This document shows, piece by piece, positions 49,033-62,263 of a stretch of DNA of 64,000 nt. A model generated the notes under the pieces. That model made no database searches. It saw only the letters and a program-made list of their open reading frames with translations, and was not told the DNA's origin. A program made the translations under genes and the position numbers. The stretch lies in assembly GCA_001662655.1 (NCBI GenBank), contig KV460288.1; one strand, 5' to 3'. The stretch is from Pseudogymnoascus verrucosus. Its lineage: Eukaryota. The stretch's first letter is position 1, and every line of letters begins with the position of its first letter.

Positions 49033-50520
49033 TCATCGCTTCTCCTTATCATCACCAGGCTGCACAGAGACATACTCGCCCTCACTGTGCCCAGCTTCCA
49101 GATCCACATCGCTCCCCCCAGTACTACTAACACTCACCCCCGACGCCGGCCTCTCCACCTTCCTAACCCCCATCATCCACCCAACCAAACCCCTCGGCGC
49201 CCACGCACCAACAAAACTATACAACCTCGCTCCCCGCCCCACCATAACCGTCCCCCCCGCCCTCCACCCCGTCTTCGCCATCTCGTCAAATACCGCATTA
49301 TGCAGTTCCCGCAGATTACTCCCCTTGCTCCTCTTCTCAACCGCGCTGCCGGCTACGCGCATGAAATTGCTGCCATAAGCTTCTCGCGCATCATCGGACC
49401 ATGTCCGTGCTTCCGCACTGTGGCCGGAGAGGGTCGCGAGTTGGTTCTTGGGAACCATGGGGTTGGTGTCGAAAGAACCGAGTTCGAAGTGTGTTAGTGG
49501 GACGTTGAGAGGGGCGAGCTCGGCGGAGAGGGTGGCGGTAAAGGATTTTAGGCCGGCGCTGACGATGGATTCGGGGGCGTGGAAGGGGGGGTTTAGTGAG
49601 GATATTATGGCGGGGGTGAGGAGGAGGAGCTTTGGTTGCGGCGGAGGATGGGCGTGGTGGTGTTGTGATGTTGGGGCGCTGAGGAGGGGGAGGAAGGCTT
49701 GGGTTAAGAGGATTGGGTGGAGGAGGCGGGTGTTTATGACATCTTGGATGTCGATGGGGGAGAGTGTGGCGACTGGGGAGTTTGGGTAGGTGAGGGTTGG
49801 AATGACGATCAGGGCGGTGAACTGGAGGTAGTGGGCGCGGGCAGTGTCGAAGGCATGTTGGGGGGTTTGGAGGAATTGTGCAAATCGTTCGACGCCGTCA
49901 TGTCCGAGCTGGGTCTGTATTAGTGGTGAGAAACCAACTTAGGGTGTGAGAAGACTTACCTTTGAAGTGGAAACGTTGATAACCAAAGGCCTAATGTCGC
50001 TTCTTCCTTCGCTTTGAACCCGGAGCTCTTCTTGGACATCGTCACAGACAATGAAAACGATGAAGCCCCTTCTCTCCAAATCCAGCGCGAGTGACCGTAC
50101 GAGCGGCTCATTCATCGACCCAGATATCACAACCACTTCCAACCTCGCTCCGTTGGTTCCGCGCTTTGCCCTCCTCTTCTTGTTGTAATTTGCTTTCCTC
50201 CTTTGCACCATGTATACCGACGCTCCAACCCCTGCGACGATGGCGGTGGTGAAGACTTTGTTCTTGAGCACCCATGCTTGCACACGAGCAAACACACCAC
50301 CTGGCAACGCAGTAACGGGTGGTGGCGCGGGAGCTCTAGCAACTGGTTTAGGTCTTGCTGATTCCGGTATCCAGTCGGCTGATGCAAGTGTGTCCCTCAG
50401 AGTCCTTGCGACTCTGTCGACATGGTCTTCAACATAGTTTGCGATATCATTTGAATAGCGTTGGACATGGCGCGGGACGGAGTTTAAGGCATCTAGGAAT
50501 GCCTGATCGTCTGCGGACAT
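49033..50520 (-). CDS. DUF1776 family fungal protein (SDR-like fold with N-terminal TM); intron ~49910-49959
   Basis: Motif RRAKRGTNGARLEVVVISGS...RSLALDLERRGFIVFIV, continuing after a GTAAGT intron into ...VGRGARLYSFVGAWAPRGLVGWMMG. Confidence 0.75.
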
Positions 50521-51046
50521 CGTGGGCGTTATATATTTCGAGCAAATAGGTGTGTGTAGGCGGTGTTGTTCAAGTTATGTTGTATCGATTCGAAGCTGGA
50601 GAGACCTTTGATCTGTGATGGCTGATTTGAAATGACGGGCTGATTCCGTCTTCCTTATCCTGATAGTTAGCATCGACGGGACCAAGCTTGAAGCTAAACC
50701 GGAGCGGCGCCTGCCAATGCCGATTGGCCAACATGTCTCATATCAACTATATCCAGCACATGAGGCTGACAAAGTCAAGATTCACCTTCAAGCTACCGAC
50801 TTTATTTTATGATTCGGAATTATACTGTGAATCAGGAAAACGCTACAAGGTTTGATATTAATAATAATATTCAGTGCCAGTTGAATCTACCGATATCCCC
50901 CACAGAACGGTGATTAAACAGGACCTCTAACATTCAGTATCCATGGCCTTGCGGTCTATATTAACGTTGGAAGCTCCCTAGAAGCTGTTTTTAAGATAAT
51001 TCAGATTTATATTATTTAAAATATTACCCCTAGTGACGTATGAAAT

Positions 51047-52347
51047 ATGGATCCCTTGATATATGATATTCAGGTGGAGCGAGGGCTTCACAGACCAGAT
51101 GTTGCAATGAACACTCTTCAACGTGCCGCCTCGCTGGTCAAACCCATAATGCGAGCTCACAATTTCAAGGTAGGATTGCTAGCAGAGTTTCTACCAAAAG
51201 AAAGAGGCCTTCTTGGTAAGTCTATCAACCTCAGAACACAAACCATGTATACTAACACCCACCAGGTCTCAACACCGGAGGGGGGAGGATGATCCATATC
51301 CGCCTTCGCCATGCGACGGACCCAACACAGTTCTTCACGTTCCAGATGATCATAGATTCTGTTCTCCACGAGCTCTCTCACAACCGATTTGGGCCTCATG
51401 ATGCAAATTTCCACGCACTATGGGACCAGCTCCGCGATGAGTACTATGCTCTCATGCAAAGTGGCTTCACTGGTGATGCATTCCTGAGCCATGGTCATCT
51501 CCTTAGCGGCAAACGCATCCGCCAGGATGAAGCGCGGCGTATTGCGCGTACTGCTATTACAGATAGCCGAAAGAAACAATCACTGACAGTGAACCGGAAG
51601 CTAATCGAAGCGGGTCTCATACAAGGTGTTGGTGCCCGGAGTACCCTTACAGGTGCATTTGGAAGGATGCAGATTGCCCAGGGCTGCGGCTGTGATATGC
51701 CAAAGTCAGAGCAGAAGGCTCTTGTTGCTGCAGCGGGTGTCAATGTGATAAAGTCCAGAGTGGAAAACGATGATGCGAACGAAGTTGCCATCCAAGAAGC
51801 ACTATGGGAGCTAGCTCAGGAGGATAGAGCGTCGTCGAAGCAGAAAGGGGCATCACAAGATTCAGCAGCAACAAAACGTGGAAGGCAATCTATAAACCAC
51901 CCCTCCTTGTCCCACACCTACGACTCCTCATCTAAATCCCCAAAACCCTACGACACCGACTCAGAGTATTCAGAAGATCCTTCACTCTCAAAACCACCCC
52001 CACAATACGTCCAACTCGTCGACGAGGAGTTTTGGCAATGCGAAACCTGCACGCTGATAAACAAGGAAGAAGATGTCTGTTGCGATGCATGTGGCACCGC
52101 CCGGCCGGGTACAGAACCGCCCCCGAAAGCGAGTTCGAGCAAAGCTCCCTCCAAGGCTGTGGTGAAAAAGACAGCTTATAAAGCTCCACCTGCGAAGAGC
52201 TCAGCTCGAACTCGTCCCTCTTCCAGCCGTGCGGGGCCGTCAAGGCAGGTTGCCAGATCAGGACCGTGGCAGTGTGCTTGCTCGCTCATTAACAAGGAGG
52301 GGAGGGTATGTTGCGCTGCATGTGGTATTTCCCGGCCTGGTTCATAA
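51047..52347 (+). CDS. WSS1: WLM-domain (Wss1-like) zinc metalloprotease with two RanBP2-type zinc fingers; intron 51216-51265
   Basis: Motifs VKPIMRAHNFKVGLLAEFLP...LLGLN, IRLR, LHELSHNRFGPHDANFHALWDQL, WQCETCTLIN...CDAC and WQCACSLIN...CAAC. Orthologue versus paralogue is uncertain. Confidence 0.8.
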
Positions 52348-53149
52348 TCCCGTAAAGCAACTGTGAGAGATATTTGTAAGTCAGTTGCGAAGAAATTATA
52401 TGGAATTTAACCCATCCTATGTAGTGTATGAATTATTGACCGGGCTAGATACTCAAGATGACAACCAGTGGTGAATAGTGAGTGGTGGGCTTGTCCAGTG
52501 TATGGGACAGCGAAGTCTATATGCTGATAATATCACATGGTTTACCTGACCGCTGATTGGTCATTACGAGTTATTTTCTAGGCAGGTTTGATTTTTGAAG
52601 CGGGAAAGCAAGATCAGGCGCGGAATAGTTCTGGGCCAATCGAGCGTGCTTTGTTTTAATAAATTGCGTAGTTTTACGTTTCAATATGGCGGCGTGGAAG
52701 CTATTACTGTGAGACGGGGTGCCCTGTGTCCTTATAGGTGCTGTGTTGCGCAAATTTATGCATAATCGCCACAGAGATCGTGACCTTAAGTTAGAGCAAC
52801 TAACGAATTTTGGTTTACCGTAAAGCGACCCCTACGTCCTACGATGTGATTTCGCTTATGTCATCAGTTTGCAAAGCTACGGCTGATCAGGACTATGGCT
52901 GACGCGAGGCTGAACTGAACCACAATTAGTGCTAATGTGGATATTATTAAGCTACAGAAAGCAGGGTGGCATGGATCTAGAAGGTAAGGAAACTCTTTGA
53001 TTTCTTTATCTATAGTTGGGTTTCGTATAGCTAGCTATAGAGCCCTATTTGCTCTGTATGGCGCTGTTTCAGGCGGTCAATTCAGCTGTTTGTGCGACTG
53101 AAGGAACGTGTTAGATATAGTGCGAGTGCACCTTGTCCCAAATGCCATC

Positions 53150-53971
53150 TCAGTTAGCAACAAAGTTGACAGTCAACTCGCCCTTAGAGACATCATTTCC
53201 AGGGTCTGTTGGGATGCTACCGCAGTTCCTGCAGCCATGATCTCTCAGCTGATCAAGATACGTAACTGTTTGGCCCTTGGTAAAGGTGCGAGAGCCGATA
53301 TTCTGGTAGAAAGCACAGAGTCTGCCGGTGACGTGCGGCACACAGGCGATCTGCTGCCCATTTCCCCATTGTCCCTCCGGGCCAGCCGCGACGGCGTCCC
53401 TGACCTGTTCCATTGTGCCTGCAGGAGAGTGGCCAACGCCTCCAACCCCGCAGGTCGAGCTGCCACGACAGTTGATGCCAAGAGCTGCTGCCGATGCCTC
53501 TTTCCTCTCGGTAGGTTGGGAATATTCTTCCTGCACAGCAACCTTCGGGACATCCTCTTCTTTCCTTTTATCTATGCCTGGTTGTGCGTTTGTCACCATG
53601 TTTGCAGTCAGCTCGCCGTTGTTCACATTGTTGCCGGAATCCGTGGGGACGCTACCGCAGGCTTTGCATCCGTGGTCGATGAGTTGTTGAACGTAATTGA
53701 CAGTTTGAGCGACCGTCCACTTTCGACCGTTGGTTTTTTGATAGAAGATGCAGAGCGATGGCTCCCCGATGTTGGACGTCTTAACACATGTAATGTGTTG
53801 TCCGTCGGAGAATTGTTGGCTTTGGTCTAGTGCCCTCAACTGGCCTTGGGCTTGCCCTAAGATCCCTTTGGAACCAGTGCAGAGGCCGCTGCCTTGACAG
53901 TTAATGCCTAAAGCAGTGCTTCCCACAAACGCATATGTAGCAAGGGCGAGTAAGTTTTTGCTGAGAAGCAT
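53150..53971 (-). CDS. Secreted KP4 killer-toxin-like protein with two tandem KP4 domains, intronless
   Basis: Signal peptide. Two domains start LGINCQGS and LGINCRGS (the mature Ustilago virus KP4 starts LGINCRGS) and end HGCxxCGS(V/I)P...GELTxN. Confidence 0.92.
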   Translation of the reverse strand: MLLSKNLLALATYAFVGSTALGINCQGSGLCTGSKGILGQAQGQLRALDQSQQFSDGQHITCVKTSNIGEPSLCIFYQKTNGRKWTVAQTVNYVQQLIDHGCKACGSVPTDSGNNVNNGELTANMVTNAQPGIDKRKEEDVPKVAVQEEYSQPTERKEASAAALGINCRGSSTCGVGGVGHSPAGTMEQVRDAVAAGPEGQWGNGQQIACVPHVTGRLCAFYQNIGSRTFTKGQTVTYLDQLRDHGCRNCGSIPTDPGNDVSKGELTVNFVAN

Positions 53972-56900
53972 TGTTACTGTGAGAGATGGTAGAAGAAGTC
54001 TGAATAGAACTGCTTAGTTTGTAAGGACGATTGCTAAATGCTTTGGCGGCAATTGGTGATCAATGTCCAGGTGAGATATGAACTGATCTTTTATATCTGA
54101 ACCGAAGCCGCCAACGTGGTAAGTAAGTCGAGGAACTGGCATGCAATCCTCTGTACTCTGTAGGGTAGAGGTAGAATATCGACCGTTGGCCCGCACATAA
54201 TTCCAGTACGAGTCTGGCGCCACCGCAACAACAGCACAGAAATCAGACACAGTCCACTGCCAGCGCAGCCCGGTGAGACAACTTCCAGCCTGATAATTGC
54301 CAATCTCTGGGTGGTATACAGCACTTAGCGCTAACCAGAGATGCACCAATATCCCGATGCCAGTGACCAGTGCGAGACGGTTGTCTCAAAATTTTCATTT
54401 GCGCAGAAAGAAAGAGCGAGAGAGATGCCAACAAGTGAAAGACATAGCGCAGCCATGTCTCGATTTCTCGGCGAGGCTTGCGTATCCCTTGGAGTCTAAT
54501 GAATGAGACTGAACAACCCAATATGTGATCTTCACCTTCAAACATTGTGATCTTTACCTTCAGGAACGCAATAATGTAAGTCAATTACTCAGAGAAGAGA
54601 CAAACAGCCTAATAAAATGAGTAACATAGGAAGCCACGGTACCCCCCTATCGCCCTGTATATATATGCAGGCGGTCAATCTCCCGAGACACTGATCCCTA
54701 CTTCAGGGACGAATCTCCGAGTGACTTGATTTGACATGTAGATCGCTGATTGTAGCTGGCTGCGCTGTTCTCTTCTGGCTAACTGGCTGAGATAGGTTTC
54801 TGTAGAGTGAAACGAATCCAATAAAGGGCGCACGGATGTCACGATGCAGAACTGAGACAATATATTCCCACATTTTCCCCAGTTCCAAGGACGTTTCTTT
54901 GGGACAAGAACCGGTCTAGACGCCGAGATATATTTGTGCGCCCGAGTTCCCTACGAATAGCGCAGTGATGTGAATTGTTATTGAACATGTGTTGATGGAA
55001 CCTGCTCCCTCTCGATTTGTCATTCATCATGCACCATGGTAAGACTATTAAATAAGACCTAATTGATAACTACGACATACCTAAGGCTATGATTCGCCGA
55101 TTTTCACTACGAAATGAAGCTGTCTCACAGATAGCACTAATCTAATTTAGCTGGTTCACAGCCACCTAAGACCCCTTAATCCCGTGGGCATATGAGTACA
55201 TGCTGCACGGTCACGGCTGTCTTTGCGTTTCCCGACTTTACAGTTCAGTACCTATACTTATAATAGTCTAAATACATAGTTGAAGTGGACAAGGTTTGAA
55301 TCAACTATGCAAACACTGGCAACCATCTCTTGTATAAAGCTAGTGCGTGCCACCTGCAGTCTCACCCGTCCCCGATCACCTCCCTCATGACCCCCGGCTC
55401 ATCCAAACCTCCATCCACCATACACCCATTGAGGAAAGCAAGGCCAGTCCTTCTCATAAAATCGTCTGATATACCCTTTGAATTTCACCCTTGCGTCCGG
55501 GAGGGGGCATATATATGGACACGTCCCCACTTTCCCATAAACATGAGATCCCAAGAAGAACAGACTCCAAAGACAAACACAACCCCATATTATGAACCTC
55601 CAGTGTTTCGAGGGTCACCTAGTTGGTCAGTTCATCTGATAATCGTCAACACCTGTGAAGGTAGTGGTCTAGATCACCCAACAACTATATGTACCCAGCA
55701 GACTAGGGGCTCCCTGGTCTAAATATTATACCTCCTCTTCTCGCGATAGCTGTTCTTACTGTTAACTTTCTCCGCGATTCTTCACTTCTCACCATTCACC
55801 GCTTCTCACCGTCCACTTCCTCTCACCCACCCCCTCGACACACTTTTGCTTCCAACGCGATCCCGTGTTTTATTCAACAAACTCCCCCACTCCAGTTCAT
55901 TCACCAACGTTCCCCATAAGCAGGGTTTCATTGCCTCTTTTAGTGAGATGATTTCTTTTGTGATGAAGCTTCCTCTAATGTAGAGTTCATTTATATACCA
56001 ATCCACCCAACCCCCCCCTTTCCCCCGGGCAGCTAACAACCCATCCCCAAACCACAGTCCTGGCTAGAAGATGCAACCAAGCCATCTCAAATAATCTTCC
56101 TCCACTATCTGCATTTCGCACTTGGGTTTCGGTCGTATATACACACGGGCATCAACCTCTATCTTTTCCACAACCACGAGATCCCAAAAAAAAACCTCAG
56201 CTCCAGCTCCAACTCCAATGACCTTTCAGCCAGCAAATATATACCTGCAGATCCACAGTATATGATGTTGACAAGCGAGCTAATTACCATAAAAGGCGTA
56301 GTCATCCATGGGAAACGTCAACATCAGAGCCTCGCAGACAACCACAGCGTATCGTCGCGAACTTTACACATTTGGAGAAACTCTGCGTGGACCAGATCCG
56401 AGCTGGCGTTGGTGTGAAATGCACGCTGTTGTCAACCCCTATCTTGTCACTGTCCGCATGAACCCATCAAGCCACGAACTCACGAACTAAACCACGAACC
56501 CACCAACTCACCGCACTAAAGAATTACCAGACCATACATACCAGGGAAGTTATACATCACAACTCCACTCCTCAATCCGCACTATAATGTACCACCAGAA
56601 AACCCAAGGATTCAGAAAGCCAAAATCGATGTCGCCTGGAAAACGGGCGGTTGGATTAGAGGGATCGTCTTTAGGGGGGCTGACCCGTCTGGTCTGGGGG
56701 TTTTTTTGTGGCAGTTCTTCTTGTCATGAACTACTGCTCACTGTCAACCTGTTATTATTCTCAACCCCTATTCCCCCCACCATTCACCTCCTCTCACCAC
56801 CACACCCCTGCCAACAACCTACTATCTCCCCCAACCACGCCCGCAGCCCATCCAAACCCGCACAGCCACCACCCCACCACATCCCCAACACAGGGACAAA

Positions 56901-57439
56901 GAACTAGGAAGCATTGATCGGAGTGGTAGCAACGTCCTTTTGCTGTCCAACCTTTCCATTGGGGAAGGGGGGGTTATATAGCAGTCGCGAACACGTAGCG
57001 GATGGCTGAGAGCCGTGCGTGGGAGGCCGTGCGGGGGACGCGTAGATGGGAACCCCCCTTCCCACATTCCCCGTTATAGTACTGGGAGATGCAGATATGA
57101 GAGAGGGGGGTCAGCTATATACTGCACCGGGTAACCAAAGGGATAAAGCAGCCATCACCAAACAAACATCCCAGCAAAAAACATGTACAGCATCACAGAA
57201 ACTATTTTTTCATACCATATCAAATCAATCAATCAATCAATCTCCCCATTCCACAACCTAAAAGAGAAAAACCCATATCTACATATAAACGCCTCGACTA
57301 CCAAACCGTAAGATTCACCCCTCCCACCCCATCCACTCCCATCCCCCTTTCCCCCATCCCTCCTTTCCCCCATACCTCCCAACCTTCTTCCCCTTCCCCT
57401 TATATCCCCCCACACCCCTATTTTCCACACCCCTCCAAC

Positions 57440-59235
57440 TTAACCAAGTAAATCATCCAACCCACTTCCCCCACCCACATTCCCACTCTGCGTCTTCGGC
57501 GCTCCCGCCCCCCAAATCCCCTGCGTCGCCTTCTCCCTCGCCAACTGTCCCAGCGCCGGCCCTTGCGCAGGGGCAGCCGATTTCTTAACACCCGCGCTGG
57601 CTGTATTCCACAGATTCCCAAACGCGTCACCGCTCGCCTTTGGTTTAGCTGCTGCGGCACCTGAGGTGGTTGCTCCAGAGCCAGTAAAAGTAGCAGTCAT
57701 AGGCGCGCTGCTAGTGGATGCGGCGCCAGGGGCTTGGACGGAGGTGAAGTAGTTAGGTTGCGCGGATTGATAACTACTCGTCTGCGCCGGCTGGGGGCGG
57801 AATGCCTGCGCAGCCGCACCAGCACCAGCAGAAGAAGAGGAAGAAGGAGCGGGGATAGAGAAAGCGGAGTAGTTCACTGGGGTGGATGTCGAGCTCGGCA
57901 CCGGGGAAAGAGAGGCAGCTCCCATCATCGTTGAGAGATCAGCTTGTTTCGGGGCTGACACAGGTTGCGGGGAGGCGAACTGCGTGTACGCCGTCGTCGT
58001 TGACGTTGTAGCCGGTGCGGACGGCGCTGGGGCAGCGGATTGGAAATCGTCGAAATCGTCGTCATCATCGTTCCCCGCGGCGAGGGCGTGGGATGTTGGA
58101 GCCACGGCGCCGAGGCCAGGGGCGGGAGAGGGCTCGTCAAAGGAGAAGAGATCTACCTCCGGAGCTTTGGGAGCGGGTGGTGCGGCCTTGGGCTTTGCGG
58201 TACTGCGCTCTGTACCTGCGCGTGGGGTGGTGCGGGTGGGTTCGGGACGCCGCCTGCTGGAGGGGGAGGAGACGCCTTCGTCGTACTCGTCGTATTCCTC
58301 GAATCTGTCTCCGCCGCCACTGCTACCGCCCGCGCGAGAGGGTTCGTAATCGCCTCCGCTCTGCTGACCACCGAAGCCTCCGCCGTCACCGAATACGCCG
58401 CCACTGTATCCGCCGAAGTCACCTCTCTCTTCACTCCCGAACCCTCCGAAGCGACTAGAGCCGCCGCCTCCGCCGAGCCCAGCGCCGCCTTCCACACCCG
58501 TGTATTTCTGTCTCGTAGCGCGTGCCTTCTTGCGTTCCGTCCTGATCCTCTCGACGTCTGAGAGGAGCTCAGTGAGTTCCTTAGCGCGATTGCGGACGTT
58601 GATGCCCTGGTCCTTGCCGTTGGCGTCGATGAAGTGGAATTGGCGCAGCATTTTGAGGAGGGTGAGGTGGGAGCGGGCGTCGTCGATGACACGCTCGGAG
58701 CCGTTCTTGATGAGGAACTCGAGGAGCTGGAGGGCTTTGTAGATTTGGCGCCATTCGTCGGCGGCTTTTTCGGTGAAGCGCTTGTAGATCATGGGCATGA
58801 TTTCGTTGAGGAGTTGGCTGCGGGGGAGGGGCGGTTAGTTGGGGGAGAGATGGGGAGGAGGGGGAGATGGGGGAGGCGTACTAGTTGTATGTGCCGTTGG
58901 CTATCTCTTGCATGTCCTATACAATGGATCAGTGTGCGATTCGGGCAGTGGGATGGCAACCCAAGGACTGCGGTCCAAGTGAATACCGGGTCGGGGGAGC
59001 ATACCGTCGTAGAAGATCCCCAAGGATTATTATTCGTAGCCTCCCTAACCTTCGCCTCCATCTCCGTATAATTCATAACCGCTGTTCAACCCCCAGTCAG
59101 CCCTCCATCATCCCCCACCCCCTCCCCAAACACAATTGGCTTGCTTGACTTACCATTCTGGACCTTCCGGACGCCGGCCTTGATGTCATAGAGAGACAGG
59201 TTGGTGACCTGCTCCTTGAGGGAGTCGAAGTTCAT
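57440..59235 (-). CDS. ENT3: ENTH-domain epsin-like Golgi/endosome adaptor; introns 59082-59153, 58917-59004, 58818-58881
   Basis: Motifs LSLYDIKAGVRKVQNAVMNYTEMEAKVREATNNNPWG, EWRQIYKALQLLEFLIKNGSE and DQGINVRNRAKEL. C-terminal DDLLG. Confidence 0.92.
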
Positions 59236-61141
59236 GATGGGCGAGATGAGATATATATTAGGAAGTGCGTGCGACAAGGGGAAGAGAAGAGGGCGTGATG
59301 TCGATGGTGCTTGTGGATGGGGGGTGTATTTTATATATAATGGAGGCCGGACGGAGTGGACAATTATATTGGTGGTGCTTGGGTGCCCGATATGTCAATG
59401 CTGGCATGTAGCTGGCGGCCGCGTGTGGCACGTGATTAACGTGTTCGAGTCGAGGGAACAGGGAAAGGAGGGGTGAGTGTGGGGTTGGGCCAATGAGAGG
59501 GGTGGATGGATGGTGAGGCTTATGTAAGCGGGTCTGTGGGGAGTTGTACGCATTGGAAGAGGCGGTGTTGCTGTACACCCAGCTAGAAGGAAGACAGCAA
59601 GTAATAAATCCAATATAAATCGTGTAAATATTGATACTGAAGAAGCGTATATATCACCATCTTCAATCCATAACGCCAGAGCTCTACTACACCAGAATAT
59701 CTTCTAGCACACGTAGCGTCTTTCTCTCCCTACGGGTAGCGCTGACGAGGCGCTGACAGCTGTGGGTGGGGTACGGAGAGCGAGAGAGCCGAGCCGTGGA
59801 GCCACCGGCGCGAGAAAGCTTTTCGAAGCTCCAGACGCCAATCCGCCTCCTTTTCCGGTCATCCTAACCAGCTTCATCACAATTCATCTCTTCTTTGTAT
59901 AACAAGACCATCTTCGGCTTTTTGTAACATCATCTGTACCATCACCTTCTGTACCTCATCTCTTCACATATAATTTGTAAGTCACGTCCCGTGTCCTGCC
60001 CTGGCCTACTCTGCCCTTCTCCGGCCTACCTGGCTCTTCCCCCAACGAAAAGCCGGTGAGGGCAACCAGAGAAAGGAGACTCGAGTCCGCCAATCCCCCC
60101 ACCAACAAGGCAGAGGAAGTCTGCATCTCACGCGCCGCACCGTCCGCACCGCACCGCACCGCGCATCTCAGCTGCCTCCGCGCGCTCAACCCATGTCTAC
60201 CGTCTGCCAGCCAGCCAAACACGCAGCAAGCCGGCTCCTTGGTCATATGCAAGTGCAAGCAGGCAAGGCAATGACACTAGCCACACCGGCTCCGGCGCGT
60301 ATGGTGGGTGTGTGCGAGCACGCAAGTCAGCACACGCAGGCGGTGTTGGTTGATCTTGGCTCTGGTTTGGCTATGGTTGAGGGAGCTGCACGGGGGGTTG
60401 GGGAAGCTGGTTGGTGGCTATATGGGTATGGGATGGATGGGGTACTTGTTGATTTGGTGTACTTGATTCAGTATTGTCCCTGCTGCTGGTCAGAGTTGGC
60501 CCAACAGAGAGATCAGCCATACTGAAGACACGATCAATCAATCCTTCCCATCCTCCAACCACCCTCCTACTCCAACCCGTTCTTTCCCTCCCCCGTCTGC
60601 ACCACATGGCAATCACTCACTCAATTACCCCACGGCCTCGGCCTGCTTCACGGCATACCTCATGGGATACCACACGGCCACCTCCCACTCCTCACTTACC
60701 ACTAGACGCGTCACCTGACTTCTCTTTCCTCTTCCTATGCTGAGTTGAAGGGAGTGAAGGTGGGCGTCAAGTGGGCGTGGGGTCAATGGATGCTGCGAGA
60801 AGAGAGCTGAGTACGGGTCTTCTCCCCCCGTCACCCCCCACCGTTACTTTACACTTCACTGGGCGGGAGTGAACGTTGGCAGGGCGTTGATAGGCGTGGA
60901 AGTGGGCTCCTCCCTCCCTTTCTTCCGTCGCCCGTCCCGGCCGGAATTGATTCGCTTACAACTCCGATTCCCTGCTATTTTTTGCACTTTGGGTCTCCCC
61001 CACTCTCCGTTTCAACCCCTCCATAACCACCTCACACACACATCCCACACCATCCCACCCCCAAGCTACAATACGCTAACCAACTCCGGTCTAGTCCACA
61101 CTTCACAGCCACTCACAACAAATTGCCCCACCTTCCCAAAA

Positions 61142-62116
61142 ATGCCCCTCATCATCCAAAGCCTTCGACAGACATCTCGTTCCTCTCCTCTTCGTTCTCT
61201 TCTTAACAACAACTTCAAATCTATCAACACTACACGCAACTTCCACGCTTCATCTTCCAACATGACTATCAAGACGTAAGTTATAAACATCCAATCCTCC
61301 TCATCTTCCATCTTCCTCTTTTGAAAGCTCCAAATCTGACTTTCCAAAAGTTTCTTCGATGTGACTTGGGAGGGCCCAGTCCTTGACGCCTCCGGAAAGC
61401 CAACCTCGAAGGTTGCTGGTACGTGAACCCTCATCAATTCCATCTCACTTCATCCTCAATCATTTCCCTCATCGACATCTCCATCACTGTACCCCGTAAT
61501 TGAAGTCCCATCGCTCCACGCGTCGGCTCAATTCAAGCTCCTCACTCACAGCTTACCTGGCTGCTGCCCAAAATCTCGCTTCTTCAACAACAACCCCGCA
61601 GTGACGTCGGAGCTAACATCACCCCGCCCCCAACAGAGCAATCCGGCCGCATCAACTTCAACCTCTACGACGACGTTGTCCCCAAGACCGCTGAGAACTT
61701 CCGCGCTCTCTGCACTGGCGAGAAGGGCTTCGGTTACGCCGGCTCTGCCTTCCACCGCATCATCCCGCAGTTCATGCTCCAGGGTGGTGACTTCACCCGT
61801 GGCAACGTAAGCCGAACCCCCCCTCCACCCCCACCTCATCCTCCCCAAACCCAAAACAGCTTGCTAACACCACACCAGGGCACCGGTGGCAAGTCCATCT
61901 ACGGTGAGAAGTTCACCGATGAGAACTTCGTCAAGAAGCACACCAAGCCCGGACTTCTGTCCATGGCCAACGCCGGCCCAAACACGTAAGCCCATTCATC
62001 CCAGCCTCGGCATAACTTTTTTTTTACCTTTTCCCATCTTCCGTCTCTCCAATAGCTAGCTAACCCAATCCCACAGCAACGGCTCCCAGTTCTTCGTCAC
62101 CACCGTCGTGACCAGC

Positions 62117-62155
<39 letters not shown>

Positions 62156-62263
62156 GACGAGGAGTCCCTCAACATCGTCAAGGCCCTCGAGGCTACCGGC
62201 TCCGGCTCCGGAAAGGTCAACTACAACAAGAAGCCCACCATTGTCAAGTCTGGCGAGTTGTAA
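61142..62263 (+). CDS. Cyclophilin A-type peptidyl-prolyl isomerase with N-terminal mitochondrial presequence and second in-frame ATG at 61262; introns 61276-61350, 61419-61636, 61807-61878, 61986-62076
   Basis: Motifs [68 protein letters not shown] and [10 protein letters not shown]. Confidence 0.95.

Noticed and set aside
56587..56907. 106-aa ORF in the KP4-ENT3 intergenic region
   Set aside because: Low complexity, with no recognisable motif or clear splice structure; cannot be supported.
59740..59830. CTGACGA...GAAA hammerhead-like words
   Set aside because: No properly closed stem II/CGAAA or flanking stems.
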